From an uncultured Planctomycetia bacterium (GTDB lineage Bacteria > Omnitrophota > Gorgyraeia > Tantalellales > Tantalellaceae), in the NCBI GenBank assembly GCA_964421015.1, contig CAYQUS010000001.1, forward strand, positions 172,726-236,725: a DNA stretch of 64,000 nt, given 5' to 3'. Below, piece after piece: positions 50,205 through 60,227 of the stretch. Position 1 is the first letter of the stretch; each line of letters begins with the position of its first letter. Under the pieces are notes generated by a model. The model made no database searches. It was not told the origin of the DNA and saw nothing but the letters and a program-made list of their open reading frames with translations. The position numbers and the translations under genes are program-made.

Positions 50205-51068
50205 TTACCTGTACTGTTTCTTTTTCTTTTTCGACTTTCTCTGCATCTTCTCCAGGGACTCCTGTTCCTGTTCTTCCATCATTTTCCTGAGTTTCTGCAT
50301 GCAGGAAACTTCTATCTGCCTGACCCTTTCCCGAGTGATACCGAAATGTTTTGCCGTGTCCCTCAGCGTATGGGTGACACCGTCTTCGCTCAAGCCGAAC
50401 CGAAGAGTAAGTATTTTTCTTTCCCGTTCGGTCATTTTCTGGAGAAGCCCCTCTATACGCTCGTGAAGCATGAACTTGGAAAGTTCGTCCACCGAGTTCA
50501 CTATGCTCTCGTCCTCTATAAGGTCCATGAACTCGGAATCACCGGACTCGCCTATGGGAGCGTTGAGGCTCGCTATATTCGACGCCATATGATTAAGCTG
50601 CTTTATCCTCGAAAGAGGCAGTTTCATCTTTCTGGCTATATCCTTCATCTGCGGGGAGCGTTTATCTTTCTGGGAAAGATGTTTCTTTACTTTCTGGAAA
50701 CGCATCAGCATTTCCATAACATAGACAGGTATGCGGACCGTCTTACCCTGATTTGCCACCGCTCTTGTTATGTACTGTTTTATCCACCATGCGGCGTAAG
50801 TGCTGAAGCGGTACCCCCTGTCCGGATCGTATTTTGTCACGGCCTTCATCAGGCCCAGATTACCCTCCTCGATAAGATCCAGCATAGGAACCCCGAGATA
50901 GCTGTATTTTTTGGCGATATTAATGACAAGCCGCAAATTACTTTTTATCATCTGCAGGCGAGCCTTCTTGTTACCGTTCCTTATCTTGACCGCCAGGTCC
51001 TTCTCCTCCTCGGCGGTAAGAAGCGGAAGATCCCTGATATCCTTCAGATAAAGCTTTATCGCGTCCAT
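50205..51068 (-). CDS. RNA polymerase sigma factor, sigma70 family (regions 1.2-4, RpoD-like)
   Basis: Region 2 (YRFSTYAAWWIKQ) and region 4 HTH (TLRDTAKHFGITRERVRQIE). Start trimmed to MDAIKLYLKDI; the ORF's GTG extension is probably not translated. Confidence 0.8.
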   Translation of the reverse strand: MDAIKLYLKDIRDLPLLTAEEEKDLAVKIRNGNKKARLQMIKSNLRLVINIAKKYSYLGVPMLDLIEEGNLGLMKAVTKYDPDRGYRFSTYAAWWIKQYITRAVANQGKTVRIPVYVMEMLMRFQKVKKHLSQKDKRSPQMKDIARKMKLPLSRIKQLNHMASNIASLNAPIGESGDSEFMDLIEDESIVNSVDELSKFMLHERIEGLLQKMTERERKILTLRFGLSEDGVTHTLRDTAKHFGITRERVRQIEVSCMQKLRKMMEEQEQESLEKMQRKSKKKKKQYR

Positions 51069-51205
51069 ACTTCGTCCTTTGTTTGGGCTGTCTTTTTTCC
51101 GGATATCGCTTTTTTGACCCTCTACGCCCTTCCCGGACCCGCCCTGACCCGTTGTATACACGAGGTCAGGGCCCAGGTCCGGCAGGCGCGTGTCATTGCA
51201 TGGAA

Positions 51206-53998
51206 CTACTTCGACTTTCTGGAGACTTTAGCCTGAGCGGCGGCAAGTCTCGCTATCGGAACTCGGAACGGGGAACAGCTCACGTAATCCATACCGGCCC
51301 TGAAACAGAAATCTATCGAAGCCGGGTCTCCCCCGTGTTCTCCGCAGATCCCTACTTTGAGTTTCGGTCTGCTCTTTCTTCCTCTTTCTATCCCGAGCTT
51401 TATGAGTTCCCCTACCCCTTCCTGGTCGAGCGACTGGAAAGGATCTTCCTTCAGTATCTTCTTGTCAAGATACGGCGCCAGGAACCCTCCCATATCGTCT
51501 CGCGAGAAACCGTAAGACATCTGGGTAAGGTCGTTTGTCCCGAAAGAGAAGAACTCCGCCACATCCGCTATCTTTCCGGCTGTGAGAGCCGCGCGGGGTA
51601 TCTCTATCATGGTCCCTATCATTATGGGGAGCTTGGAGATCTTGTATTTTTCGCAGACTTCCTTGTACACACTCCTTATTATGCTTTCCTGGTCGATTAT
51701 CTCGGTATCAGTCCCTACAACAGGTATCATTATCTCGGGAGATACCTTGTATTTCTCCGCCAGAAGCTCAGCCGTTGCCTCAAGTATCGCCCTGGCTTCT
51801 ATCTCGGTTACCTCCGGATAGGTCACTCCCAACCTGACTCCTCTGTGTCCCATCATAGGGTTACTTTCCTTGAGTTTGGATATCCTCTTGGTAAGGTCAT
51901 CCATACCTATGTTCAGGCTGTTAGCCAGTTCTTGAAGCTGTTCCTGCTGGTGAGGAACAAACTCATGAAGCGGAGGATCAAGCAGCCTTATGGTAACGGG
52001 AAAACCTGCCATAGCCTTAAGCGTACCCTTTATATCTTTCTTCATGTACGGGTAAAGCTCCGCAAGAGCCGTTCTTCTCTCCTGCTCAGTATCCGAAAGT
52101 ATCATCTTTCTGAGCTTGAAAAGAGGCTCGTCCGAACCCTCTCCGTAGAACATATGCTCCATCCTGAAAAGACCTATACCTTCCGCCCCGAACTCTCGGG
52201 CTTTCCTGGCGTCGTCGGGAGTATCGGCATTGGTCCTTATCTTCATGGTTCTGACGGAATCGCATATCTTAAGGAAGTCGTTGAGGTACAGGTTCTCCTT
52301 GGTGGCGTCTATCATGGGAAGTGTCCCCGTGTATATAAGCCCCTTGGTACCGTTAAGCGTTATCCAGTCGCCTTCCTTCAGAGTAAGGTCCTTAACTTTA
52401 ACTGTTTTCTGCCTGTGGTCTATCTTGAGGTCCCCACAGCCTACTATACAGCACTTACCCCATCCTCTGGCCACAAGCGCGGCATGGCTTGTCATACCTC
52501 CTCTTGCTGTGAGTATGGCCCTGGCCGCTCTCATGCCCTCTACGTCCTCGGGGTTTGTTTCCTCCCTGACGAGGATAACCTTTTCTCCCTTTTCGGCCCA
52601 CTCGACAGCTGTTTCAGAGGCAAAAACTATCTTCCCGGACGCCCCTCCCGGGCCGGCAGGAAGACCTTTGGCGAAAGGTTTCTGTTTCTTTTCCTCAATG
52701 GGGTCTATTATAGGATGAAGAAGCTCGTCAAGTTGAGATGGCTTAACTCTCATGACAGCCTCTTCCTTGGATATCATTTTCTCTTTGACCATATCTACCG
52801 CCATCTTGACCGCGGCGGGACCGTTCCTTTTCCCTACACGCGTCTGAAGGATAAAAAGTTTTCCGCTTTCTATCGTGAACTCTATATCCTGCATGTCGCG
52901 GTAATGCCTCTCCAGCCTTTTTTCTATGGCGTGAAGCTCTTTGTAAAGTTTCGGCATCGCCGTCTCAAGCATGACCTCGTTGCGGTTCTGGTCGTTCTGT
53001 GAGTTGGAATTAATGGGCGCGGGCGTTCTTGTTCCGGCAACTACGTCTTCCCCCTGCGCGTCAATAAGGTATTCACCGTAGAAGTTGTTGTCTCCGTTAC
53101 CCGGGTTACGGGTAAACGCTACTCCGGTGGCGGAATCTTTACCCATATTTCCGAACACCATCGACTGCACGTTGACCGCGGTGCCCCACTCATGCGGGAT
53201 ATTCTCTATCTGCCGGTAAGATCTTGCCCTCTTGCCGTTCCATGACGAGAACACTGCCCCTATGCCGCCCCAAAGCTGCTCTTCGGCGGTGTCCGGGAAA
53301 TCCTTTCCTATGACCTCTTTTATCTTGGCCTTGTACATCGAGCAGAGTTTTTTGAGGTCTTCCGCGTTAAGGTCGGTGTCCAAAGTTACTCCCTTGGAAT
53401 GTTTCATTTCATCCATTATTCTCTCAAGCTGCTGTCTTACGCCTTTGCCCTCGGCGGGTTCAAGACCGGCGCTTTTTTCCATTACAACGTCGGAGTACAT
53501 CGTAAGAAGACGCCTGTACGCGTCATAAACGAACCTCTCGTTGCCGGTCTTCTTTATAAGGCCCGGTATGGTCTTGGAGGTCAAACCCACATTAAGCACC
53601 GTTTCCATCATTCCCGGCATGGAAGCCCTGGCTCCCGACCTTACGGAAACAAGGAGAGGATTTTCGCTATCCCCGAATTTTTTGCCCATTATTTTCTCTA
53701 TCTTGGCCATGGCTGAATTCACCTGTTCGGTAAGCCCGGACGGGTACTTTTTCCCGGACTCGTAAAAATGGGTGCATACCTCCGTGGTTATCGTAAATCC
53801 CGGAGGTACCGGCAGACGCAGTGACGCGTGCCCAGCCATTTCGGCCAGGTTTGCCCCTTTGCCGCCAAGCAGGTTCTTCATGGAACCATTACCGTCGGCC
53901 TTACCGCCGCCGAAAAAGTAAACGTGTTTCTTAGTGGATTTTTTCGCCGCCTTAGAAGCAGTCTTTTTAACCGTTTTTTTCTTTACCATCTCTCTCAT
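51206..53998 (-). CDS. ppdK: pyruvate, phosphate dikinase
   Basis: LLGGKGANLAEM N-terminal motif; PEP-utilising phospho-His and TIM-barrel domains; 930 aa. Confidence 0.9.
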   Translation of the reverse strand: MREMVKKKTVKKTASKAAKKSTKKHVYFFGGGKADGNGSMKNLLGGKGANLAEMAGHASLRLPVPPGFTITTEVCTHFYESGKKYPSGLTEQVNSAMAKIEKIMGKKFGDSENPLLVSVRSGARASMPGMMETVLNVGLTSKTIPGLIKKTGNERFVYDAYRRLLTMYSDVVMEKSAGLEPAEGKGVRQQLERIMDEMKHSKGVTLDTDLNAEDLKKLCSMYKAKIKEVIGKDFPDTAEEQLWGGIGAVFSSWNGKRARSYRQIENIPHEWGTAVNVQSMVFGNMGKDSATGVAFTRNPGNGDNNFYGEYLIDAQGEDVVAGTRTPAPINSNSQNDQNRNEVMLETAMPKLYKELHAIEKRLERHYRDMQDIEFTIESGKLFILQTRVGKRNGPAAVKMAVDMVKEKMISKEEAVMRVKPSQLDELLHPIIDPIEEKKQKPFAKGLPAGPGGASGKIVFASETAVEWAEKGEKVILVREETNPEDVEGMRAARAILTARGGMTSHAALVARGWGKCCIVGCGDLKIDHRQKTVKVKDLTLKEGDWITLNGTKGLIYTGTLPMIDATKENLYLNDFLKICDSVRTMKIRTNADTPDDARKAREFGAEGIGLFRMEHMFYGEGSDEPLFKLRKMILSDTEQERRTALAELYPYMKKDIKGTLKAMAGFPVTIRLLDPPLHEFVPHQQEQLQELANSLNIGMDDLTKRISKLKESNPMMGHRGVRLGVTYPEVTEIEARAILEATAELLAEKYKVSPEIMIPVVGTDTEIIDQESIIRSVYKEVCEKYKISKLPIMIGTMIEIPRAALTAGKIADVAEFFSFGTNDLTQMSYGFSRDDMGGFLAPYLDKKILKEDPFQSLDQEGVGELIKLGIERGRKSRPKLKVGICGEHGGDPASIDFCFRAGMDYVSCSPFRVPIARLAAAQAKVSRKSK

Positions 53999-54013
53999 TT
54001 CCTCCTTTTTTTG

Positions 54014-55339
54014 TTAACATTTTCCCAGTTTTTCCGAGAAAAACCCTTTAATGGCCGAGGCATCTACCCTGACCTGTTCCATACTGTCCCTTTCCCTGAC
54101 CGTAACCTTTCCGTCGGTAAGAGACTCAACATCCACAGTCACGCAGTAAGGAGTCCCTATCTCATCCTGTCTTCTGTAAAGCCTCCCTATGGCAGCCGTG
54201 TCGTCATAGACCACCCTGTAATTCCCTTTTATATCGTCCCTTATCCTGTGCGCCATCTCGACTATCTCGGGCTTGTTCTTTAAAAGCGGCAGCACCGCCG
54301 CCTTTATAGGCGCAAGCCTCTTATCCAGGGAAAGATACGTCCTGCTTTTATCCCTTACCATCTCTGTCCTGTAGGCGTCGACCAGAAAAGCCAGAACGGC
54401 CCTGTCCACCCCTCCGGAAGGCTCTATAACGTAGGGAACGTACCTTTCCCCCGTCGCGTCATCGAAATAACTCAGATCGCATCCGCTGTTCTTGGCATGC
54501 TGTTTAAGATCGAAATCCGTCCTGTTGGCTATTCCTTCCAGTTCAGACCACCCCATAGGAAAAAGGAACTCTATGTCGTGGCATTTTTTGGCGTAATGGG
54601 CAAGCTCATCCTTGGCATGTTCCCTGAGCCTCAGGTTTTCCTTCTTTATTCCGAGTCCGAGGTACCAGTTGAAACGCGTCTCAACCCAGTGCTCATACCA
54701 TTTTTCGTCATCTCCGGGCTTAACGAAAAACTCAAGCTCCATCTGTTCAAATTCCCTGCTTCGGAAAGTGAAGTTCCCCGTGGTGATCTCGTTCCTGAAG
54801 GATTTGCCCGTTTGAGCCACCCCAAAAGGCGGTTTTCTCCTGGAGGAAGTCAGGACATTGGCGAAATTCACAAAAATACCCTGGGCCGTTTCGGGCCTCA
54901 AATAAACATCCACCGCCTGACTTTCCACGGAACCTACCTGTGTCTTGAACATCAGATTGAAACTTCTGGGTTCGGTCAGTTTGCCCCCGCAATCGGGACA
55001 AACCTTTCCCTCTATTTTGTCGAGGCGGAACCTCTTTTTGCATACAAGACAGTCCACCATAAGATCGGCGAAAGATGACACATGCCCGGAGGATTTCCAT
55101 GTTTCCGGGTTCATCAGTATGGCGGAATCAAGCCCCTCTATGTCGTTCCTGTCATAGATCATGCTTTTCCACCACTGATCCTTAACGTTCTTTTTCAGCT
55201 CTACTCCGAGAGGACCGTAATCCCAGACGCTTCCTATCCCTCCGTATATTTCGCTGTTCTGAAATATGAACCCGCGCCTCTTACAAAGATTGGCTACATC
55301 CTTCAGGGCCACATTCGTTACCATATCCTCGCCCGACAT
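54014..55339 (-). CDS. glyQS: glycine--tRNA ligase (dimeric type)
   Basis: Class II aaRS GlyRS N-terminal motif GFIFQNSEIYGG...WDYGPLG. Confidence 0.9.
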   Translation of the reverse strand: MSGEDMVTNVALKDVANLCKRRGFIFQNSEIYGGIGSVWDYGPLGVELKKNVKDQWWKSMIYDRNDIEGLDSAILMNPETWKSSGHVSSFADLMVDCLVCKKRFRLDKIEGKVCPDCGGKLTEPRSFNLMFKTQVGSVESQAVDVYLRPETAQGIFVNFANVLTSSRRKPPFGVAQTGKSFRNEITTGNFTFRSREFEQMELEFFVKPGDDEKWYEHWVETRFNWYLGLGIKKENLRLREHAKDELAHYAKKCHDIEFLFPMGWSELEGIANRTDFDLKQHAKNSGCDLSYFDDATGERYVPYVIEPSGGVDRAVLAFLVDAYRTEMVRDKSRTYLSLDKRLAPIKAAVLPLLKNKPEIVEMAHRIRDDIKGNYRVVYDDTAAIGRLYRRQDEIGTPYCVTVDVESLTDGKVTVRERDSMEQVRVDASAIKGFFSEKLGKC

Positions 55340-55397
55340 AATTATTTCCTTCCTCTTTTGTGTGGTCGATAACCGTAAGCTGTTTTTACTGACCTCA

Positions 55398-56162
55398 TCA
55401 CGCTCTGTAACCGAAAGTCTCCACTTCCTTTATTACCTTAAGCGCCTTCACCGGTCTTCCTATCTGAAATCTTACAAATCCTTCAAGCATCCTTTCCACC
55501 TCGGATCCGGCCTCGCGGCTGAGCTTCACATGTTCGGCTTTGTCTATCCCGGTGGTCTGTATCCTTCTCATGAACTTTATGGTGCCCAGAGAGACCGGAA
55601 CGCCTTCGCGGCTGCCACCGTGACACTTCGCGCACATTATACCACCCGAGGCCGCGCTAAAAAAGGACTTTTCCTCTACCAAAGACGCGCATTTTACGCA
55701 CTCATCCACCTGGGGGCTGAAACCCAAAGCCCCGAGAAGTTTTATCTCGAATATTCTTCTTACGTTACCCGCCCCAGCGACCCTGCCCAGCATTGCCAGA
55801 CTGTCCGCAAGTACGTTAAATATCTCTTCCGAAGCGTCATGATCCTGTGTTACGGCGTCAACAAGCTCCGCGAAGTAGCCGGCGTACATAAGTTTTTCCA
55901 GGTCTTTCCTGACTGCCGCGAAATACTCGAGCGCTTCGCACTGAGTGATAAGATCAAGGTCGCTTTTTTTCTTTCGGTAAAAAAGAAGCTGGCAGCGGGA
56001 GAATGTCTCAAAATTACCGGCGAACTGGGGAAAAGGCTTCCTGACACCCTTGACCACACCCCGTATCTTTCCGAATTCTCTCGTATACACGACAAGTATG
56101 TAACTTGTCTCTCTCAGATAATATTTCCTGAGAACTATGCCTTCAGCTTTTAACGCTCCCAT
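55398..56162 (-). CDS. recO: DNA repair protein RecO
   Basis: N-terminal OB-fold and a CxxC...CxxC zinc motif (CVKCAS...CAKCHG). Confidence 0.85.
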   Translation of the reverse strand: MGALKAEGIVLRKYYLRETSYILVVYTREFGKIRGVVKGVRKPFPQFAGNFETFSRCQLLFYRKKKSDLDLITQCEALEYFAAVRKDLEKLMYAGYFAELVDAVTQDHDASEEIFNVLADSLAMLGRVAGAGNVRRIFEIKLLGALGFSPQVDECVKCASLVEEKSFFSAASGGIMCAKCHGGSREGVPVSLGTIKFMRRIQTTGIDKAEHVKLSREAGSEVERMLEGFVRFQIGRPVKALKVIKEVETFGYRA

Positions 56163-56166
56163 CTTT

Positions 56167-56799
56167 TCATTCCTCGGGGCCTCTGTACTCCGGCGACACG
56201 GACCCTCCGGATATTATCATCTTCATGCCGTCCTCAATGCTCATCTTGAGAAAACGCACATCCTCCCGCGGGACAACTATAAAAACTCCGCTCGTAGGAT
56301 TCGGCGTCGTGGGAACAAATACGTTTATTCCGCCCTCTATGATGTTTCGTATCTCTCCTTTACTCACACCTGTCGTGAACCCCAGAGAAAAAAGCCCTTT
56401 CCTCGGATACTCAACCAGTACCACCTGTTTAAATACCGTCTTGCCCTGTCCGAATAACGCTGAAAATATCTGTTTAGCGGCGTTGTATATCCTTCCGAGC
56501 ACGGGAACTTTGAGAAGAAGAGCCTCCCCCACGGAGAAAATACGGTTTATGAATATTATCCTTGCTCCCCATCCCACCGAGGCTACAGCCATGACCACCG
56601 CCAGAAAAACTATGGATTTCGCGGCATATACCCTTAAGACACCCTCTATGGGCTCAAAAAACCTTAAAAGCGGCTCCAGCACAAGATCGTTCAGGCTTAC
56701 AAAAAGAAACCGGATAAAAGCCACCGTGACAGCCACCGGGAGAAGCAGCACTATCCCGTTAAAAAAATAGACCAGGACCTTATTTATAGCTTTTCTCAT
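56167..56799 (-). CDS. DUF502-family membrane protein
   Basis: Two N-terminal TM helices and conserved DUF502-like core. Confidence 0.65.
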   Translation of the reverse strand: MRKAINKVLVYFFNGIVLLLPVAVTVAFIRFLFVSLNDLVLEPLLRFFEPIEGVLRVYAAKSIVFLAVVMAVASVGWGARIIFINRIFSVGEALLLKVPVLGRIYNAAKQIFSALFGQGKTVFKQVVLVEYPRKGLFSLGFTTGVSKGEIRNIIEGGINVFVPTTPNPTSGVFIVVPREDVRFLKMSIEDGMKMIISGGSVSPEYRGPEE

Positions 56800-56850
56800 A
56801 TTTTCTCCGAAGATTATAAAAGGATCCTTACAAAAAATATCTGTCCCCGC

Positions 56851-57579
56851 TCATCCTATGAACTGAAAAACAAGTAATGTCACAAGGCTTCCCAAAAGTC
56901 CCCCTGCCGCCACCTGCCAGGCGCTGTGTATTTTCAGCGTGACACGGCTACGGGCTACAAGAAGCGCCATAAAAAACACCAGTATTGAAACAAGAGAGTT
57001 CCTCGCCAGAAAAGAAACAGCCACCCAGATGGAAAAAGAAACCGCGGCGTGCCCGCTGGGCATTCCCCCGCTTAAGAGCGACTTCTCGTTACGTATCAGT
57101 TTTACAAGAAAAACCAGCGCCACCACCACTATGAGAGCTATAAGAGTTACATGCCATGGAGACTGCCTGAAACGGTCGGCAAGAACGGGCCCTCTGGCCC
57201 AGTCTATCTGTTTAAAAGCTATAAGATAACCGACCACTGCCGCGTTCACCGCCGCCACGAACACCGCTCCGGCCGCTATGTCCTTAACCACCTTTGCCAG
57301 AGGGTTCCTCCTGCGCTCCGCAAGATCAATGGCGTATTCTACCGCGGTATTGAACATCTCAGCCATCAAAACAAAACTTACCGTGACACTCACTATCATG
57401 AATTCCATGGGAGAAAGATTCAGGTATATCCCCCCTATGAGGACAAGAAAACCCACGAGAAAATGTATGCGCATGTTCCGTTCGGAACGAAGCGTATGCA
57501 CTATACCGTCAAGAGCAAAGCTGAAACTGGCAAAAAGATCATTGCCAGATCTTTTTCCCCGCCGCCTGAAGGATCTCAT
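56851..57579 (-). CDS. dgkA: diacylglycerol kinase (DgkA) - PAP2 phosphatase fusion
   Basis: N-terminal prokaryotic DAGK motif (FSFALDGIVHTLRSERNMRIHF); C-terminal PAP2 motifs PSGH and SRVTLKIH. Confidence 0.75.
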   Translation of the reverse strand: MRSFRRRGKRSGNDLFASFSFALDGIVHTLRSERNMRIHFLVGFLVLIGGIYLNLSPMEFMIVSVTVSFVLMAEMFNTAVEYAIDLAERRRNPLAKVVKDIAAGAVFVAAVNAAVVGYLIAFKQIDWARGPVLADRFRQSPWHVTLIALIVVVALVFLVKLIRNEKSLLSGGMPSGHAAVSFSIWVAVSFLARNSLVSILVFFMALLVARSRVTLKIHSAWQVAAGGLLGSLVTLLVFQFIG

Positions 57580-58012
57580 CTTCCATCTTCCTCATCTTTA
57601 GTCTCTCCGAGAGCTTATGATCCCTGTATCCGCCGAGATGCAGCACCCCATGGGCTACGTAACGCGCGATCTCGTCGCGGAAGCTGACCCCATATGTCCT
57701 GGAGTTGCGATACGCGGTGTCGGAAGATATCGCGATATCCCCAAGAAAAAACTCTCTTTCCTTTCTGCCTGAAAAGCTCCCGCCGTCACTCTCCCCGGGA
57801 AAAGCCAGAACATCCGTCGGCCTGTCCTTTGAAAGATACCTTCTGTTAAGCGCCCTTATCTCTGAGTCCGTAACGAACGCTATATTCACAGAACACTTTC
57901 CCGCGCGTACCCTTGCGGCGGCGATGGAAGCCACTCGTTTTATATCACTGGGTATTATCTTCTTTTTTCGGTTTAGGTTTCTTATATTTATCAGGGTCTG
58001 CGTCCTTACCAT
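57539..58012 (-). CDS. ybeY: rRNA maturation endoribonuclease YbeY
   Basis: HGVLHLGGYRDH zinc-binding motif; start trimmed to MVRTQTL. Confidence 0.85.
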   Translation of the reverse strand: MVRTQTLINIRNLNRKKKIIPSDIKRVASIAAARVRAGKCSVNIAFVTDSEIRALNRRYLSKDRPTDVLAFPGESDGGSFSGRKEREFFLGDIAISSDTAYRNSRTYGVSFRDEIARYVAHGVLHLGGYRDHKLSERLKMRKMEDEILQAAGKKIWQ

Positions 58013-60227
58013 TTTTATTTTCCCTCTCTGGCGCGGGATCCGGGTAGTTAAGTCTTGTGTGATATACCCCAAGGAGAATTCTCTCAAAACTTGCCGCTAT
58101 CTTCTCTATATCCTTCAGGGTAAGATCGCACTCGTCAAGCTGTCCGTCTATAAACTTGTTGTTTATCATCTTTTTGACAAGGTTTTTTATACCGGCCGGC
58201 GTCGGATCTTCCATGGCCCTGCAGGCCGCTTCTACTGAATCCGCCAGAAGTATGATGGCGCTCTCTCTGGTCTGCGGACGAGGGCCGGGATATCTGAAAT
58301 CCTCTTCCTTCAAAAGGTCCTTATCCTTGGATTTCTCCATAGCTTTCTGATAAAAATAGGATATAAGGCTGTTTCCGTGATGCTGGGCTATAAGATCGGT
58401 AATGCGGGCGTTTATCTTGTGTCGCCTGGCCATTTCCACGCCTTCTTTCACATGTTTTGAGATTATGAGGGCGCTCATCGAAGGAGACAGGTTACTATGC
58501 CGGGATACCCCTCCTATCTCGTTCTCGCTGAAATACTCAGCTTTTGGGATCTTGCCTATATCGTGATAATAAGACCCCACTCTTGCCAGGAGACTATTGG
58601 CGCCCACTGCGTCACTGGCCGCCTCGGCCAGATTACCCACGAGTATACTGTGGTGGTACGTCCCGGGAGCCTCGATAGACAGCTCCTTGAGTATCGGGTG
58701 ATTCAAATCCGAGAGTTCAAGCAGGGTTATGTTCGTAGATACCTTGAAGAGATGCTCTAATATCGGGAGAAGCCCCATAACAAGAAAAGAGGAAAAAATG
58801 CCGCTTGCCATTCCCCATATACCGTCCCTGACAAAGAATTCCACGTCGAGATTGTTTATCAGTCCTACGCATACTATGGCCAGGAACTTTGCCGCTCCGA
58901 CAAAAAGTCCCGCCCTGAGAACATCGGACCTTCTTCGGCAATCCCTGATCGAGTATATACCTACCACCCCGCCGGTAAGAAGAACGAACATGGTTTCCGC
59001 CTTCCCTCCCGCCAGCAGCGATATCAGCAGCCCCATAAGCAACAGGCTCAAAAAACCTATATTTGGTCCCACCAGCAAAGTAACTATCATGCCCATAAAA
59101 GCCAGCGGCATAAAATAACTCGGCTGTGGCGACCTCATGACCATTTCGGCCAGAGCCAGGGTTATAGACATATTGAGAAGAACTATTGCTATGCTTTTAG
59201 TATCGTTAAGTGAATACTTTACGCCCGTGACCGAGAGATAAACGAACGCCAGAACCCACATCAGGGAGAAAAAGAGCATCGATCCGAGAAAAGACTTCAC
59301 GGTCGCGCCCTGCCTGAAAACCCCGCTTATGCGCATGAGTTGAGCCATGTCCTGTCCCGTGACCCGCTGTCCCTTGGCGACGATTATCTCGTTCTTTTTC
59401 ACCTCTAATTCCTGGGGAACGGGTTTCACCGTTGCCAGTATATGTTCCTTGCGCAATTTTGTGCGACCGGGATCAGCCACTATGTTCGGGGACAGATACA
59501 CGGAAATAACCTGAGGCAGAGACTGTTGCACCCTGCGATCCGAAGAAAAGGAAGCCTGAGTGAAATTATCGAGCACTACGTTAAGGCTATCCGCGGTTAT
59601 CACATTTGCCAAAGCTCTGGGAACTTCAGAACCCGTCTCCTCGTCTATTATCACTGCCCCCGAGAAATTCTGCTCTCTTGCGGTATTTACATCGGCCCTG
59701 GGGGCAAAACCCGCCAGAAAAACGTTCTCCGCTATTTCCCTGGCTTTCCGTGACAAACCTTGAATATCCTGATATTCCAGAAGACTCTTTATATCCTTTT
59801 CCTGAGCGCCTATTCCCGCGCGCTTGACTACCGCTTCAAGTTTTTCGTTCAGGAGCACTGCCTTGTTCTTCTCGGATTCCAGGATATCGAAAAAGTCTTT
59901 TATCCCGGCGAGGGATCTTTCCTCTACGGAAAGCTGCCTGAGAAAAACGTAAGGAGCCTTCTCCTCTTCCTTTTTTCTCAGAGATGCCGTTTTCTCTTCA
60001 TCCACTCCCCAGGAATAAACAAAATCATAAGGAGCGAAAACATCCTTAAGGGCCACGTCCCCCTCATAAACTCCCACCTGGTAAAGCTGCGGGTTAAGGA
60101 ACATGCTTACCAGGGCCCCTCCTATGAAAAGGAGTATCATGGCAACCGACAGGGTTTCGCGCCGGAATATGGCCCCCGCTACACCTGTGGCCGTAACTCT
60201 GATCTTCGTAATAATGTCATTGAACAT
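57945..60227 (-). CDS. pgpH: 7TM-receptor HD-GYP-like hydrolase (PgpH/YqfF family)
   Basis: N-terminal extracellular domain, seven TM helices, C-terminal HD domain (YHHSILV...YHDIGK); canonical position between phoH and ybeY. Confidence 0.8.
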   Translation of the reverse strand: MFNDIITKIRVTATGVAGAIFRRETLSVAMILLFIGGALVSMFLNPQLYQVGVYEGDVALKDVFAPYDFVYSWGVDEEKTASLRKKEEEKAPYVFLRQLSVEERSLAGIKDFFDILESEKNKAVLLNEKLEAVVKRAGIGAQEKDIKSLLEYQDIQGLSRKAREIAENVFLAGFAPRADVNTAREQNFSGAVIIDEETGSEVPRALANVITADSLNVVLDNFTQASFSSDRRVQQSLPQVISVYLSPNIVADPGRTKLRKEHILATVKPVPQELEVKKNEIIVAKGQRVTGQDMAQLMRISGVFRQGATVKSFLGSMLFFSLMWVLAFVYLSVTGVKYSLNDTKSIAIVLLNMSITLALAEMVMRSPQPSYFMPLAFMGMIVTLLVGPNIGFLSLLLMGLLISLLAGGKAETMFVLLTGGVVGIYSIRDCRRRSDVLRAGLFVGAAKFLAIVCVGLINNLDVEFFVRDGIWGMASGIFSSFLVMGLLPILEHLFKVSTNITLLELSDLNHPILKELSIEAPGTYHHSILVGNLAEAASDAVGANSLLARVGSYYHDIGKIPKAEYFSENEIGGVSRHSNLSPSMSALIISKHVKEGVEMARRHKINARITDLIAQHHGNSLISYFYQKAMEKSKDKDLLKEEDFRYPGPRPQTRESAIILLADSVEAACRAMEDPTPAGIKNLVKKMINNKFIDGQLDECDLTLKDIEKIAASFERILLGVYHTRLNYPDPAPERENKNGKDADPDKYKKPKPKKEDNTQ

